A stretch of 63,383 nt of DNA, filler included, from Nitrospinota bacterium (GCA_030620925.1; 12 parts of 12 records of this genome joined end to end with filler, not necessarily neighbours in it), one strand, 5' to 3'. Shown: positions 39,874 to 50,339, numbered from the whole stretch's first letter. The notes: generated from the letters alone by a model not told the origin. Numbers and translations are program-made.

Positions 39874-41069
39874 CACTCTTCTCCTCTTATCCGGCGGTAG
39901 CAGCGGATGTACCTCTGGGCGCACATCTCCCAGGTCAGGCCGCGGTCTACCAGGCGCTGCCGCAGCTCAGCCCCTGCTTTTACTTTCACGTCTCCGTTTA
40001 TGATTTTGATTATGGCCTCGGCCATATCCGCCGCCTCTCCGGGTCTGAACAGGCGGAAGTCTTCCTCCTCTCCGCCCAGTTCGCGTATCCCGGGTATGTC
40101 GGAGGCGGCCACCGGCGTCCCGCAGGCCATGGACTCCAGGACAACGTTGGGCCTGCCTTCCGAGTAGCTGGGCAGTACCAGCAGGTCGGCACTGTTATAC
40201 CAGTAAGGAAGCCGGTTCTGGGCCTGTATTCCCGCGAACAGCACATGTTCCTTCAACCCGTATTCGAGAGCCTTCCCCTGCAGCTCCGCCTCGAGGAGAC
40301 CCTGGCCCACCAGAGCCAACAGAACGTCCTTCCTGCTCCGATGGACCGTCTGAAAAGCCTTCAGCAGGGGGTGGAGGCCTTTATTCTCAGTGAGGTTGCC
40401 CACAAAAAGTATGATGCGCTTGTCCGGGGGCAGCCCCAGGTGCGACCGGAAATCCTGCTGAGGCATGGGTGAAAAGAGGGAGAGATCGACTCCGTTGGGG
40501 ATAGTCTCTATCCTATCTTTTCTCAGGCCGATCCGGCGGGCGGATTCTTCCAGCGCCAGGCTGACGGAGGTCACGCGGTCCACGCTGGAGAAAATGAGCC
40601 TGGCCGCCGGTTGAAGCATTTTGCTACTCTGCATATATTTCATGTCCGAGCCCCTGAGGGTAAGCAGAGAGGGCACCCTCAGGAACTTTCTCAACGTTCC
40701 CGCCACGAGGCCCGAATAAAGCCACTGTGCGTGGACCACGTGGCAATCCCTGGCTATTTCAACCGCCCTGGCCGTAAATGATAGAGTAAGCAGAGGCAGC
40801 GCGGAGAGGACCCCCGGGTTGTCCTTCACCTTCTCGGGTATTCCTCCCCCGCCGTAGACTATGTTAAGCCTGCTCCAGGGCGAATATTTGAACCGGTGTA
40901 TCCGGATTCCGTTCGCTTCCTCGCACAACTCAGAGCCCGCATCCCAGGGGGCCACTACCTCTACACCGGTTCCGGCGTCGACCAGCGCCCGGGCCAGGTG
41001 GTATACGAATATCCCTGCGCTGTCCCCTTCGAAGCGGGGGAAGCTTGTGGTCAGCATGCAGACTTTCAA
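39873..41069 (-). CDS. Glycosyltransferase family 4
   Basis: TTSFPR, IPNGVD, ILFVGNL, PSYSEGRPNVVLESMACG. Confidence 0.9.
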   Translation of the reverse strand: MKVCMLTTSFPRFEGDSAGIFVYHLARALVDAGTGVEVVAPWDAGSELCEEANGIRIHRFKYSPWSRLNIVYGGGGIPEKVKDNPGVLSALPLLTLSFTARAVEIARDCHVVHAQWLYSGLVAGTLRKFLRVPSLLTLRGSDMKYMQSSKMLQPAARLIFSSVDRVTSVSLALEESARRIGLRKDRIETIPNGVDLSLFSPMPQQDFRSHLGLPPDKRIILFVGNLTENKGLHPLLKAFQTVHRSRKDVLLALVGQGLLEAELQGKALEYGLKEHVLFAGIQAQNRLPYWYNSADLLVLPSYSEGRPNVVLESMACGTPVAASDIPGIRELGGEEEDFRLFRPGEAADMAEAIIKIINGDVKVKAGAELRQRLVDRGLTWEMCAQRYIRCYRRIRGEE

Positions 41070-41711
41070 TCCCCTGTCCCTTTCAGCGCGTAGACCGTCT
41101 CGTCCCCCGTGGTATACAAGGGGTATAGGTGCTTGTTGATAAAATCCTGGAAGACTGACGCTTCATCCGGCGGAACGCTTTCCCGGAAGTTAGCGGTAAG
41201 AAAATACCAGTTTATGAACAGGTGAGTGATGCCTATTTTCTCCAGCTCGTCAGCTACCTGGCCCCCATCGGCGGCCCTCTTCAAAATATTCTTCATGGTA
41301 TAGCCCAGAAAGTAACTGTCGTAGAAATACTCCCGGTCCAGGTAGTAACCGTCGTTCCCCGTAAAAAGGAACATTACTTTCACATTCCGCGGGAGCTTGC
41401 TGTTCATGAATTCGTAGGCGTCGTAATCGTGAATCTTTTCCCGCAGGTATTGGGCCCTGTCCAGCCGGCCTGTTAAAAACGCGGGTGGAGATACGACCGA
41501 ATAGAGGGGCAGTATCAGGTAGAGGTTGATCGCCAGTATCGCCGCCACCGCCGTCGTCGTTGCCGATACTCCCCACCTCCTCCCCCTGGCCGCCAGTCCG
41601 TGCAGGCCGTGTATCCCGAGCAGGATCAGGAATGGATAAATAGGGATCAGGTATCGCAGCCGTATGCCGCTGGCGGAGAGGGTGAACAGGTAATAGACCA
41701 GCGCCATTCCC
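41066..41711 (-). CDS. Membrane protein C-terminus (GT-C/ArnT-like), 5'-truncated
   Basis: RYLIPIYPFL TM motif followed by a soluble domain; coupled to the GT4 gene. Confidence 0.55.
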
Positions 41712-41874
41712 NNNNNNNNNNNNNNNNNNNNNNNNNNNNNNNNNNNNNNNNNNNNTTAATTAATTAANNNNNNNNNNNNNNNNNNNNNNNNNNNNNNNNN
41801 NNNNNNNNNNNGCATGCTCCTTTTTTCTCCTTTGAGCTGGGACATAAAAGCTTATCGGTAAATCTACCTTTTTT

Positions 41875-42555
41875 TCAATTATATTTCCATACTTCCACTA
41901 TCTCAACATTATCTGGTGGTGAAAACTGAAAGAGGTTGGGGGGTAAATCGGGGTCGGTCACTATCTGTTCAAACGATATTGAAATCAAGTTGCCCATGGA
42001 ATCGTACATATCGCTTTTTATTATAAGGTAGCTTTCGCTATCCACCTCCAGAATCAGCTTAGAGAGGTTCAACTGTGGCCTTTTCGGCTGCAGGTCTATT
42101 CTGAATAATGACCCTTTCTGTTCATCGTTTACAAGCGTCGAGTTTACGTCAAATTCTTCCTGGAGGTTTCCTTTTCCGATCAGAAAGGACAACGGGGTGC
42201 GCGAAATATACTCTTCGCTTAACTTTGCCACATAAACCTGGTTCTGCTCCGGAAGGTAGGTCCAGACCGTTTCGCCGTCGCTGACGATGAGCCTACGCTC
42301 CGGTTCCTCATACTCCCAGCGCATCTTTCCGGGTTTGCTGAAGTAGACCGTCCCCCGGGATTCCTCTCTCATCATGGAAACCTTGTTCACCGAGAGTTGG
42401 CTGAATTTAGCGCTGATTGTCGTCAACCCATTATACCTGGTCTGAACCTTATCCACCACCTCGGCGGCGGAAGCCGTGCCCATGGAAGCGGCATACAACA
42501 GGATGAGCATAAAAAACAGGGCCGTCGCGCCGGTTATTTTTTTGCGCTTTCTCAT
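41875..42555 (-). CDS. lolA: Outer-membrane lipoprotein carrier protein
   Basis: Signal peptide, AKFSQ, KPGKMRWEY, IVSDGETVWTY, LFQFSPP. Confidence 0.88.
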   Translation of the reverse strand: MRKRKKITGATALFFMLILLYAASMGTASAAEVVDKVQTRYNGLTTISAKFSQLSVNKVSMMREESRGTVYFSKPGKMRWEYEEPERRLIVSDGETVWTYLPEQNQVYVAKLSEEYISRTPLSFLIGKGNLQEEFDVNSTLVNDEQKGSLFRIDLQPKRPQLNLSKLILEVDSESYLIIKSDMYDSMGNLISISFEQIVTDPDLPPNLFQFSPPDNVEIVEVWKYN

Positions 42556-42675
42556 AATAAGTACCCCAGTGATAATTGCATAAAAGTCGCGGAGGGTAAA
42601 AATATTTTCACCTGTAAAAATATAGACCCTCTAACCTGATATGGCTATCCATTTAGTCAAATAGACAGAAAGGGT

Positions 42676-43368
42676 TCATCGCATCCTGAGGCCTCTCATA
42701 TAATCCGGGCGTCTGAACAACTTTATGAGCAGGAGGCCCGCTCCGAAGCCTCCTATATGGGCGAACCACGCTACCCCGCCGCTTCCCCTGGAGCCGAGGC
42801 TTACAGTCCCGTTTATTACGTTCAGTATTATCCAGAAAAGGAGAACCCATACGGCCGGGATGGTAGCAAGCCTTGCGAACAATCCTATAAAAATAAGCGT
42901 GAGCACCTTGGCTCGCGGGAACAACAGCAAATAGGCCCCAAGTATTCCTGAAATAGCACCACTTGCTCCTACCATGGGTATTTTACCGGCGGGTTCTGTT
43001 GCCACATGAGAAAGGGCGGCAAGGGCGCCGGTGAGAAGATAAAACAGGATGAAGCGCAAGGGGCCCATGGAGTCTTCAACGTTATTACCGAAAATCCACA
43101 TGTAAAGCATATTGCCTATCAGATGCAAGTATCCGGCATGCACGAACATGGATGAGAAGATGCTCAGGAATGGATTTAAGTTGCCATCAAATTCTGCGTA
43201 AAAAGGGTTGGTCAAATTACTAGGGACCAGCCCATAAGTGCTAATGAAGTTTTCGTTTCCTTTTCCCAGGTAGATTTCATATCCGAAGACAAGTACATTA
43301 ATGCCTATAATTATGACGGTGACGACGGGAAAAGCCTTGGTGGGTACGCTATCCTTAAGAGGGATCAT
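42676..43368 (-). CDS. Rhomboid intramembrane serine protease
   Basis: HLIGNM, GASGA, AHIGG. Confidence 0.92.
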   Translation of the reverse strand: MIPLKDSVPTKAFPVVTVIIIGINVLVFGYEIYLGKGNENFISTYGLVPSNLTNPFYAEFDGNLNPFLSIFSSMFVHAGYLHLIGNMLYMWIFGNNVEDSMGPLRFILFYLLTGALAALSHVATEPAGKIPMVGASGAISGILGAYLLLFPRAKVLTLIFIGLFARLATIPAVWVLLFWIILNVINGTVSLGSRGSGGVAWFAHIGGFGAGLLLIKLFRRPDYMRGLRMR

Positions 43369-43826
43369 TTATACGTGCTCTCATTTTTTGCTGCCGCTAC
43401 CTCGAACCCGGCACTGGAAAGCAAGGCTGCGCAAACACCTGCCCCTTCAACTTTCTTCCCGTCTCGATGGATATATTTTACCCCACACGATGGGCTTCCC
43501 TCAAATAATAGGACTTCCGAAGCTCCTAAGTCTCGAGCCAACTTGAGGACTTCACCGGCACCCTTCAGGAATTGCTCGGTAACATCCCGGCCTTCCGAGT
43601 TTATCACTCTGGCTTTTCCGTTCACCACGTCGAATCCATCGCCATTGATAATTTCAGCTTTCTCGCGGGGAGTGGGCAGCCCTCCTAATTGCTCCGGGCA
43701 TAATGGGATGGCTTCTCCGCACTTGACCTTTTCAATGAAATATGAGTAACCCTTGTCCCCTCCATCGTATCTGCAAGGGTACCCTGCCAGGCAGGCGCTG
43801 ATTATAACGGGCTTCTTTTCAACCAT
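43365..43826 (-). CDS. DUF523 / TudS-like (2-thiouracil desulfidase family) Fe-S protein
   Basis: SACLAG..CRYDG, CPEQLGGLPTPR, SPSCG. Confidence 0.85.
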   Translation of the reverse strand: MVEKKPVIISACLAGYPCRYDGGDKGYSYFIEKVKCGEAIPLCPEQLGGLPTPREKAEIINGDGFDVVNGKARVINSEGRDVTEQFLKGAGEVLKLARDLGASEVLLFEGSPSCGVKYIHRDGKKVEGAGVCAALLSSAGFEVAAAKNESTYK

Positions 43827-43898
43827 TGAGACGACTCGCTCTTAAAAACTGTATCTATTTCTTCGGAACCGCTGTCTGAACGCTCCCCTGCCCTATAC

Positions 43899-44576
43899 TC
43901 ATATTTCAACACCGGGATTTTGTATGGCCGGATAGTGCGATTCGGTTTCGGCCTTTTCCAGCAATACTTTTCTACCCCGCAACTCGAGCCGTCCCTCAGC
44001 AATGAACTGTATTGCTTGAGGATAGATCTTGTGCTCTTCGGTCAGTATACGTGCGGACAGGGTTTCCTCATCATCGTCGTCAAGCACCGGAACCACTGAT
44101 TGTATTATTATGGGCCCGGTATCCACCCCTTCGTCTACAAAGTGCACCGTGCAGCCGGAGAACTTTACCCCGTGCACCAGGGCCTGCCTCTGGCCGTGCA
44201 GACCGGGAAAGGAGGGGAGCAGCGCGGGGTGGATGTTCAATATTCGGTTCGGGAACTCCCTGATCAAGTGGGGGCCGACTATCCTCATGTATCCCGCCAG
44301 GCATACCAGTTCCACGCCGTGCTCTTTTAAATGCCGGCATATCTGTTTTTCGTATTCCTGTTTGTTGGCGAAGTCTTTAGGATTGACATGGACGGCGTCT
44401 ATTCCGTGTATACGAGCCCTTTCCAGCGCATAAGCATCAGTTATATCGCTTACTACGCAAATCACTTCCGCAGCCAGACCACCTTTTTCGGAGGCGTCAA
44501 TTATGGCTTGAAGGTTGGAACCTCTTCCCGAGGCCAGCACTCCTACTTTAAGCTTATTATTCCGGCCGTTTGCCAT
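43899..44576 (-). CDS. purN: Phosphoribosylglycinamide formyltransferase
   Basis: SGRGSNLQA, LAGYMR, NIHPALLP, GCTVHFVD..VDTGPII. Confidence 0.96.
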   Translation of the reverse strand: MANGRNNKLKVGVLASGRGSNLQAIIDASEKGGLAAEVICVVSDITDAYALERARIHGIDAVHVNPKDFANKQEYEKQICRHLKEHGVELVCLAGYMRIVGPHLIREFPNRILNIHPALLPSFPGLHGQRQALVHGVKFSGCTVHFVDEGVDTGPIIIQSVVPVLDDDDEETLSARILTEEHKIYPQAIQFIAEGRLELRGRKVLLEKAETESHYPAIQNPGVEI

Positions 44577-44603
44577 TGCGACCCGCCCTCCGAATAATTA
44601 CCG

Positions 44604-45647
44604 TCAGATAACGACCACCTTATCACTACCTTTTCCTTTCTTTACTTCGCCCAATTGATATACCTCTTCGCCGATTTTCCTCAGCTCAGCAGTGATGGCC
44701 GAAGCGGTTTCCCGGGGAACTACGATAATCATACCCACACCCATGTTGAAAGTGTTAAACATTTCACTTTCTTCCACTTTCCCAAGTCTTTCTATAAGCT
44801 TGAATATGGCCAAAGAGGGTAACGAACTCTTTATAACTTCTGCGGTTAGACCGTTTGGGATAACCCTGCCCAGGTTTTCGTGTATACCCCCCCCGGTGAT
44901 ATGGGCCATGCCGTTAATCTGGTGGCTTGCCAGCAGGGGGATGATGATGCCCGAATATATTCTGGTAGGTCTCAACAGCTCTTCGCCCAGGGGTATGTCA
45001 AGCGGGTCGGCAATTTCGTGCAACGGGAGATTAGCGCTTTCCAGAAGAATCTTTCTAGCCAGGGAGTAACCATTGCTGTGCAGCCCGTTGGAGGCCAACC
45101 CCAGGAGCACATTTCCCTCAGCCACCGCGTTCCCATCCACGATATTTTTTTCGTCGACTATTCCCACGGCAAAACCCGCCAGATCGTATTCCCCCTCCGC
45201 GTAAAAACCGGGGAGTTCCGCAGTTTCGCCACCCAGGAGGGCGCAGTTGGCTTCACGACATCCCTGAGATATGCCTTCGATAATTTCGACGGCAATCTCG
45301 CGTTGCAGTTTCCCGGTGGCCAGATAATCGAGAAAAAAGATAGGCTCCGCCCCCTGGCATATCAAATCGTTTACACACATGGCCACCAGATCTATTCCCA
45401 CGGTGTTATGGAGATCCAGGGCGAAAGCGATTTTGAGTTTGGTGCCCACGCCATCGGTGGCGGATGCGAGTACCGGATTAGCGTATTTTGAAAGATGAGG
45501 TCGGAAAAGACCGCTGAATGCACCCCAGGAGCCTATAACTTCTGGTCTGAAGGTTGCTTCTATCAAGGGTCGGATGCTGCTGATGAAATTGCGGCTGGCT
45601 TCCGTATCTACTCCCGCATCCTTATAAGTTAGTTTTTTTTCTCCCAT
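44604..45647 (-). CDS. purM: Phosphoribosylformylglycinamidine cyclo-ligase
   Basis: YKDAGVD, TDGVGTK, GGETAELP, SNGLHSNGYS, AHITGGG, TFNMGVG. Confidence 0.96.
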   Translation of the reverse strand: MGEKKLTYKDAGVDTEASRNFISSIRPLIEATFRPEVIGSWGAFSGLFRPHLSKYANPVLASATDGVGTKLKIAFALDLHNTVGIDLVAMCVNDLICQGAEPIFFLDYLATGKLQREIAVEIIEGISQGCREANCALLGGETAELPGFYAEGEYDLAGFAVGIVDEKNIVDGNAVAEGNVLLGLASNGLHSNGYSLARKILLESANLPLHEIADPLDIPLGEELLRPTRIYSGIIIPLLASHQINGMAHITGGGIHENLGRVIPNGLTAEVIKSSLPSLAIFKLIERLGKVEESEMFNTFNMGVGMIIVVPRETASAITAELRKIGEEVYQLGEVKKGKGSDKVVVI

Positions 45648-45674
45648 ATTTTAATTCTCGAAGACATTTGAGCT

Positions 45675-46108
45675 TCAGTCTAAAGAGCGCTGTTGTTCAA
45701 GCTTATAAGCTTTTATTTTGTTATAGAGGTTGTTGCGTCCTACCTTCAATTCCTCAGCGGTTTTGGAAATATTCCAGTTGTTGCTCTCTAGTAATTTTTG
45801 AATGTACTCTTTCTCAAAGGAATTCCTGGCGTCTCGCAGAGAACCATAATTGATTTCGAAACGGGGTTCGGACGCCTTCTGGGATTGAAGGTGTACCGGT
45901 AAATCCTTCGCCTTGATTGTATCGGAAGGTAACATTATCACCAACCGCTCGACGATATTCTTCAACTCACGTACGTTGCCAGGCCAGTGGTATGCGCAGA
46001 GTACTTCCAGAGCATCAGCGTCTATCTTCTTAAGTTTCTTTCCGTTTTCCATTGAAAGCTCTCGGAGGAAATATTCGACTAGCAACAGGATATCCTGGCC
46101 CCGCTCCC
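45675..46108 (-). CDS. Sigma54-dependent regulator (NtrC/NtrX family), C-terminal fragment
   Basis: YHWPGNVRELKNIVERL and Fis-type HTH WNISKTAEELKVGRNNLYNKIK. Confidence 0.88.
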
Positions 46109-46208
46109 NNNNNNNNNNNNNNNNNNNNNNNNNNNNNNNNNNNNNNNNNNNNTTAATTAATTAANNNNNNNNNNNNNNNNNNNNNNNNNNNNNNNNNNNN
46201 NNNNNNNN

Positions 46209-46632
46209 GGAAGCCCTGGCTTATCTCCACCGTCTTATGCTCTACCTGACAATAAGATACGTAAGCGCCTTCACCATCCTCGTAGAACAGATAGAAGGGA
46301 ATTTATACCCCCACCAGGGTCTCCTCCATCGCCATGCGGACATCCTCCAGGCGGGAATGCTTGAGCGCATCCGTGCAAAGCCGGCCCCGGGAGAGGCGGG
46401 AGTCATCCCTACCCTTCTCCGAGCGCCTGTTGAGAATACCCACCAGCAGTCCTTTGCTGTTGAGCCCCAGCCAGGTTCCCCCTTCCTCCAGGTCCTTACC
46501 GGCAAAGAAGGCCGGACTGCCTTCCCAGAGGGAGGGCGGTTGGGACTTTCGGCTGCGGTATTCGTCCCGATTAGCGGCCACCACAACAGGATGGCCGGGA
46601 ACCGTCTTATGAAGTATCATCAGTGTACACAT
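46209..46632 (-). CDS. NRDE/TANGO2 family protein, with in-frame TAA at 46303-46305, 3'-truncated
   Basis: MCTL...AANRDEY, GGTWLGLN, SRGRL; plausible protein sequence continues in frame past the stop. Confidence 0.75.
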
Positions 46633-46648
46633 GGTCTCCGATCGCTCA

Positions 46649-47740
46649 TCAGGTATCCAGTTCGGTGAGCCAGAGGGAGGATTTCTTCAGAGAAAGAGTA
46701 AGCTCCTTGCCCGGCGCCAATCCCCACCTACCCAGCACATGGTTCGGAATTTCCACGTAAAACTGCAGGGGTCTGCCCGTCATCTGGAAGACGATCTGCG
46801 TCGAAGAGTTCCTCTCTATCATGTCCAGAATGGAGCCCTTGAAAGCGTTCTCTTTGACGTTCCTCCGCAGGGGGCGGTCGGGCTTGATGAGCATTATCTC
46901 CTCCGGCCTTATGCACAGCAGCACCCTGTCCCCCTTGCGGTAAGAGTAGAGAGGCGCCCTGATAACCACCCCGTCGATGGACACCAGCGTCTCTTTCTGC
47001 CCGGAATCCACGTCCACCACTTCTCCGCTGAAGATATTTTTAACCCCCACGAACTCGGCGATCTTTCTGTTCCGCGGGCGGTGGAAGACTTCCTTTGGGG
47101 AGCCGCATTGAACGAGGGTGCTTTCCATCATCACCGCCACCCGGTCGCCGAGGGTAAACGCCTCTTCCAGGTCGTGCGTAACGTGCAGTATGGTTACCTC
47201 GAACCGCTTCTGCACCTTCTTGAGCTCCATGGACAGCGAGGTGCGGGAGACGTTATCCAGGGCCGCCAGCGGCTCGTCCAGCAGAAGCGCCCTGGGCTCT
47301 ACCGCCAGCGCCCTGGCCAGTGCCACCCTCTGCTTCTCGCCGCCGCTCAAGTTATGGGGCATGCGCCGGAGCAGATGCTCTATGCCGAAGAGAACCGCCA
47401 GCTCTTTCACTACCTCTTTAACCGACTCCCTGGAAGAGAGCTTCAGCGAGAGGGCGAAAGCTATGTTGTCCTCCACGGGCATGTTGGGGAAAAGGGCGTA
47501 ATCCTGGGGAACGTAGCCTATGCGTCTATGTTCAGGGGGCAGGCGGGAAGCATCCATCCCGTTCATCAGTATCCTCCCGCTCCGGGGGCGGTGGACGCCG
47601 GCCAAGGTCTCTATTAGGACGGTCTTTCCCGCCCCCGTGGGCCCCAGAAGGACCACGTACTCGGCCGTTCCCAGCCTGATGTTTATGTCCCGGAGGTGGA
47701 AATCACCCACGTCGACCTTTAAATCTTCTATCTCTATCAA
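46649..47740 (-). CDS. Molybdate/tungstate ABC transporter ATP-binding subunit (ModC/WtpC-like)
   Basis: GPTGAGKT, LSGGEKQR, LLLDEP, HVTHD, C-terminal TOBE-like region. Confidence 0.85.
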   Translation of the reverse strand: MIEIEDLKVDVGDFHLRDINIRLGTAEYVVLLGPTGAGKTVLIETLAGVHRPRSGRILMNGMDASRLPPEHRRIGYVPQDYALFPNMPVEDNIAFALSLKLSSRESVKEVVKELAVLFGIEHLLRRMPHNLSGGEKQRVALARALAVEPRALLLDEPLAALDNVSRTSLSMELKKVQKRFEVTILHVTHDLEEAFTLGDRVAVMMESTLVQCGSPKEVFHRPRNRKIAEFVGVKNIFSGEVVDVDSGQKETLVSIDGVVIRAPLYSYRKGDRVLLCIRPEEIMLIKPDRPLRRNVKENAFKGSILDMIERNSSTQIVFQMTGRPLQFYVEIPNHVLGRWGLAPGKELTLSLKKSSLWLTELDT

Positions 47741-48576
47741 AGCGGATACCCCTTTCCGCCCACCCTGCGCAGGAAGACCAGGGTCACAAGCGAAATGGCA
47801 ACGAGCACCAGTATGACCGCCACCGCCTTCTCCACATCAGCCGATGAAAGACTCAGATAGATGGCTACGGGCAGCGTTTCCGTCTTCATTCGGGTGGCTC
47901 CGGCCAGCGTCACCGTGGCCCCGAATTCCCCCGCCGCCCTGGCCCAGGCCAGAATGGCTGAGGCTATGAGCCCGTTCTTGGCCAGGGGCAGCGTTATTTT
48001 GAAAAAAACCTGCCATCGGTTGCACCCCAGGGTGCGGGCAACGGTCTCGTAGCGCAGGCTTATGCCGTCGAAGGTGGACTTCATGAGCCGCACCGCCAGG
48101 GCGGTCACCACCACGAACTGGGCCAGCACCACGCCCGGCACCTCGAACACGAAGTGCAGCAAGTTCTTCTCTATTCCCGAACCCATGGAGGTATTAAAAA
48201 ATATAAGCAGCGCGGCGCCAAGTGCAATGGGAGAGAGGACTATGGGCAGGTCCAGGATGGTATCCACCACCCGTTTGCCGGGAAATTCCGCCCTGGAGAT
48301 GGCATAACTGGCAGGCACGGCGAAAACGACGGCCAGAAGCGTGGAGAGTGAAGCGGTTATAAGCGTGAGCCGTATGGAGAACAGCAGCTCACCCGACCTG
48401 ATGGTCTCCAGCATCACCCCCCAGTCCACCATGGTGGTGAGGGAATATATGAGCAGAAGCAGAAAAAAGACCAGAGCGCCCAGCGCGCCCAGCATCACTC
48501 CCCAGAAGCTCGCATCGCTTCCTCGATGATGCCAGCCGCTCTTCGATCCCTGGTCCAGGCCGGAGACATCGTTCAT
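47737..48576 (-). CDS. Molybdate/tungstate ABC transporter permease (ModB/WtpB-like)
   Basis: DLPIVLSP, ARTLG, WARAAGEFGAT, TETLPVAIY. Confidence 0.85.
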   Translation of the reverse strand: MNDVSGLDQGSKSGWHHRGSDASFWGVMLGALGALVFFLLLLIYSLTTMVDWGVMLETIRSGELLFSIRLTLITASLSTLLAVVFAVPASYAISRAEFPGKRVVDTILDLPIVLSPIALGAALLIFFNTSMGSGIEKNLLHFVFEVPGVVLAQFVVVTALAVRLMKSTFDGISLRYETVARTLGCNRWQVFFKITLPLAKNGLIASAILAWARAAGEFGATVTLAGATRMKTETLPVAIYLSLSSADVEKAVAVILVLVAISLVTLVFLRRVGGKGYPL

Positions 48577-48586
48577 GGAGCGGCCT

Positions 48587-49516
48587 CTAAAGCTCGAGCA
48601 ACTGCTTTGCGTTCTCCCCCAGTATCCCCTCCACCTCCTCGGAAGTGAAGCTGATCCCCTGAGGCGCAGTCTCGGGGAGGTTCCTAACCAGCTCTATCCA
48701 GTCGCCGTCGGGATGATCCCTGCTCAGGGTGGGTCCATCGGTCCCGAACATGACCTTGTCCGGCCCCAGCCTGTTCAGCATGGCTCTCAACGCACGGCAG
48801 AAGGTATCGAAATCGTTACCCACAAGCCGCTGCCAGCCGCTTATATCGGCGTACATGTTGTTTCGCCGCCAGCCCAGGAAGGAGAGCTCCTGCCACCACC
48901 CGAAGCCCAGGTGGGCGCAGATAAGCTTCAGCTCCGGAAAATCTACGAGCACGTCGTCCAGGTATAGGGGCTGGGTGAACTTGCTGCGCATAGGGGGAAT
49001 GATGTTCCCCGTGTGGGTCAGCACTATCGCGTCCAGCTCCACCGCCTTGCGGTAGATAGGATAGCAGCTCTCATCATTGGGGTAAAACCCGGCCGAGGGG
49101 TGTATCTTGAGCCCCTTCGCGCCCCACTCCCGAACACCCTTCTCCAGCAGCTCCACCGCATTCGGTCGACGGGGGTCCACCGCCACGAAGGAGACCAGCC
49201 GCCCCGGATGCCGCTGCACCATTTCGCCGTAAAGCCGGTTGACCTCTTCGATGGATACTTTCCCCTCGCCCATGCCAAGGCCCCAATCCACGGGGAAGAT
49301 TACGGCCATGTCTATACCCGCCTGATCCATGCTCTCTATCAACTTATCGGCCTGGGGATCGTCGTACCAGGTGTCCACTTCCTTCCCCACGTCTTCCAGG
49401 GTAACCTTTTCCCCCTGAGAGAGCATGAAATTGTGCCTCAAAGTCAACATCATCTCATGCCAGGTCTCCGAAGACCAATCCTTGTGCTGTACATGGCGGT
49501 GAACGTCTACTATCAT
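48587..49516 (-). CDS. Amidohydrolase family 2 protein
   Basis: IVDVHRH, GLKIHP, HTG, ICAHLG, ADIS, MFGTDGP. Confidence 0.88.
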   Translation of the reverse strand: MIVDVHRHVQHKDWSSETWHEMMLTLRHNFMLSQGEKVTLEDVGKEVDTWYDDPQADKLIESMDQAGIDMAVIFPVDWGLGMGEGKVSIEEVNRLYGEMVQRHPGRLVSFVAVDPRRPNAVELLEKGVREWGAKGLKIHPSAGFYPNDESCYPIYRKAVELDAIVLTHTGNIIPPMRSKFTQPLYLDDVLVDFPELKLICAHLGFGWWQELSFLGWRRNNMYADISGWQRLVGNDFDTFCRALRAMLNRLGPDKVMFGTDGPTLSRDHPDGDWIELVRNLPETAPQGISFTSEEVEGILGENAKQLLEL

Positions 49517-49586
49517 CAGATATTTCGCCTCCCATCGAATACCGGAAAATTGTGGGGCCAATGACTGCCCCAAAATTGTTGCTTAC

Positions 49587-50339
49587 CTACTTTTCCTCCC
49601 CCGGGACGAGGATCACCTTTATGGCTTTCCTTCCGATCAGAAGCTCGAACCCCTCCACGGCTTGGCTCACGGGCAGCGCGTGGGTTATCAGGGGTCGAAG
49701 GTCCACCACGTTAGAGGCCACCATGTTTATGGCCCTGTACCAGGTGGAAGGCTGTCGCCGGAAAGACCCGTGCACGGTCACCTCCTTAGCCACCAGGTCA
49801 GTGTAGTTGAACTCTCCCGGCGGCCCCAGACCGACCTCCACCACCTGCCCCCCGGGTTTGACCATCCTGATGGCCTGCGTAAGCGTGTCCCTCCCGCCGC
49901 TGATATCGAGCACGAGGTCCGCGCCCTTGCCCTGGGTGATGTCAGATACCGCTTGATAAAAGTCGACCTCTTCGACATTGATAGCCTCGGCGCCGAAACC
50001 CTCCGCCATCTCCAGCCTTTCTCTGTCAATATCCAGGCCCAGCACCATCACCTTGCCCGCGCCTCCGGAGAGAGCTATCTGCGCCGCCAGCAGGCCGATA
50101 GGCCCCGGCCCGATGACCAAGACGTCATCCCCCGGCTTGAACTCGCAGCGCTCGTAAGCATGCAGCGCCACCCCCAACGGCTCTATTACCGCCGCCTCCT
50201 CCGTGTTCACCTCGTCGGGAATCCCGTAAAGACTGAAATAGGGCACCACGACGTAATCGGTCATGGCCCCGTCCACCTGCTGCCCTATCCTGGTCTGGTG
50301 CATACAGTGGTTGAACCTGCCCAGGCGGCAAAAGTAGCA
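49587..50339 (-). CDS. Zn-dependent alcohol dehydrogenase (MDR), 5'-truncated
   Basis: C..C...RFNHC structural zinc, EPLGVALHA, GPGPIG. Confidence 0.88.
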   Translation of the reverse strand, partial: CYFCRLGRFNHCMHQTRIGQQVDGAMTDYVVVPYFSLYGIPDEVNTEEAAVIEPLGVALHAYERCEFKPGDDVLVIGPGPIGLLAAQIALSGGAGKVMVLGLDIDRERLEMAEGFGAEAINVEEVDFYQAVSDITQGKGADLVLDISGGRDTLTQAIRMVKPGGQVVEVGLGPPGEFNYTDLVAKEVTVHGSFRRQPSTWYRAINMVASNVVDLRPLITHALPVSQAVEGFELLIGRKAIKVILVPGEEK

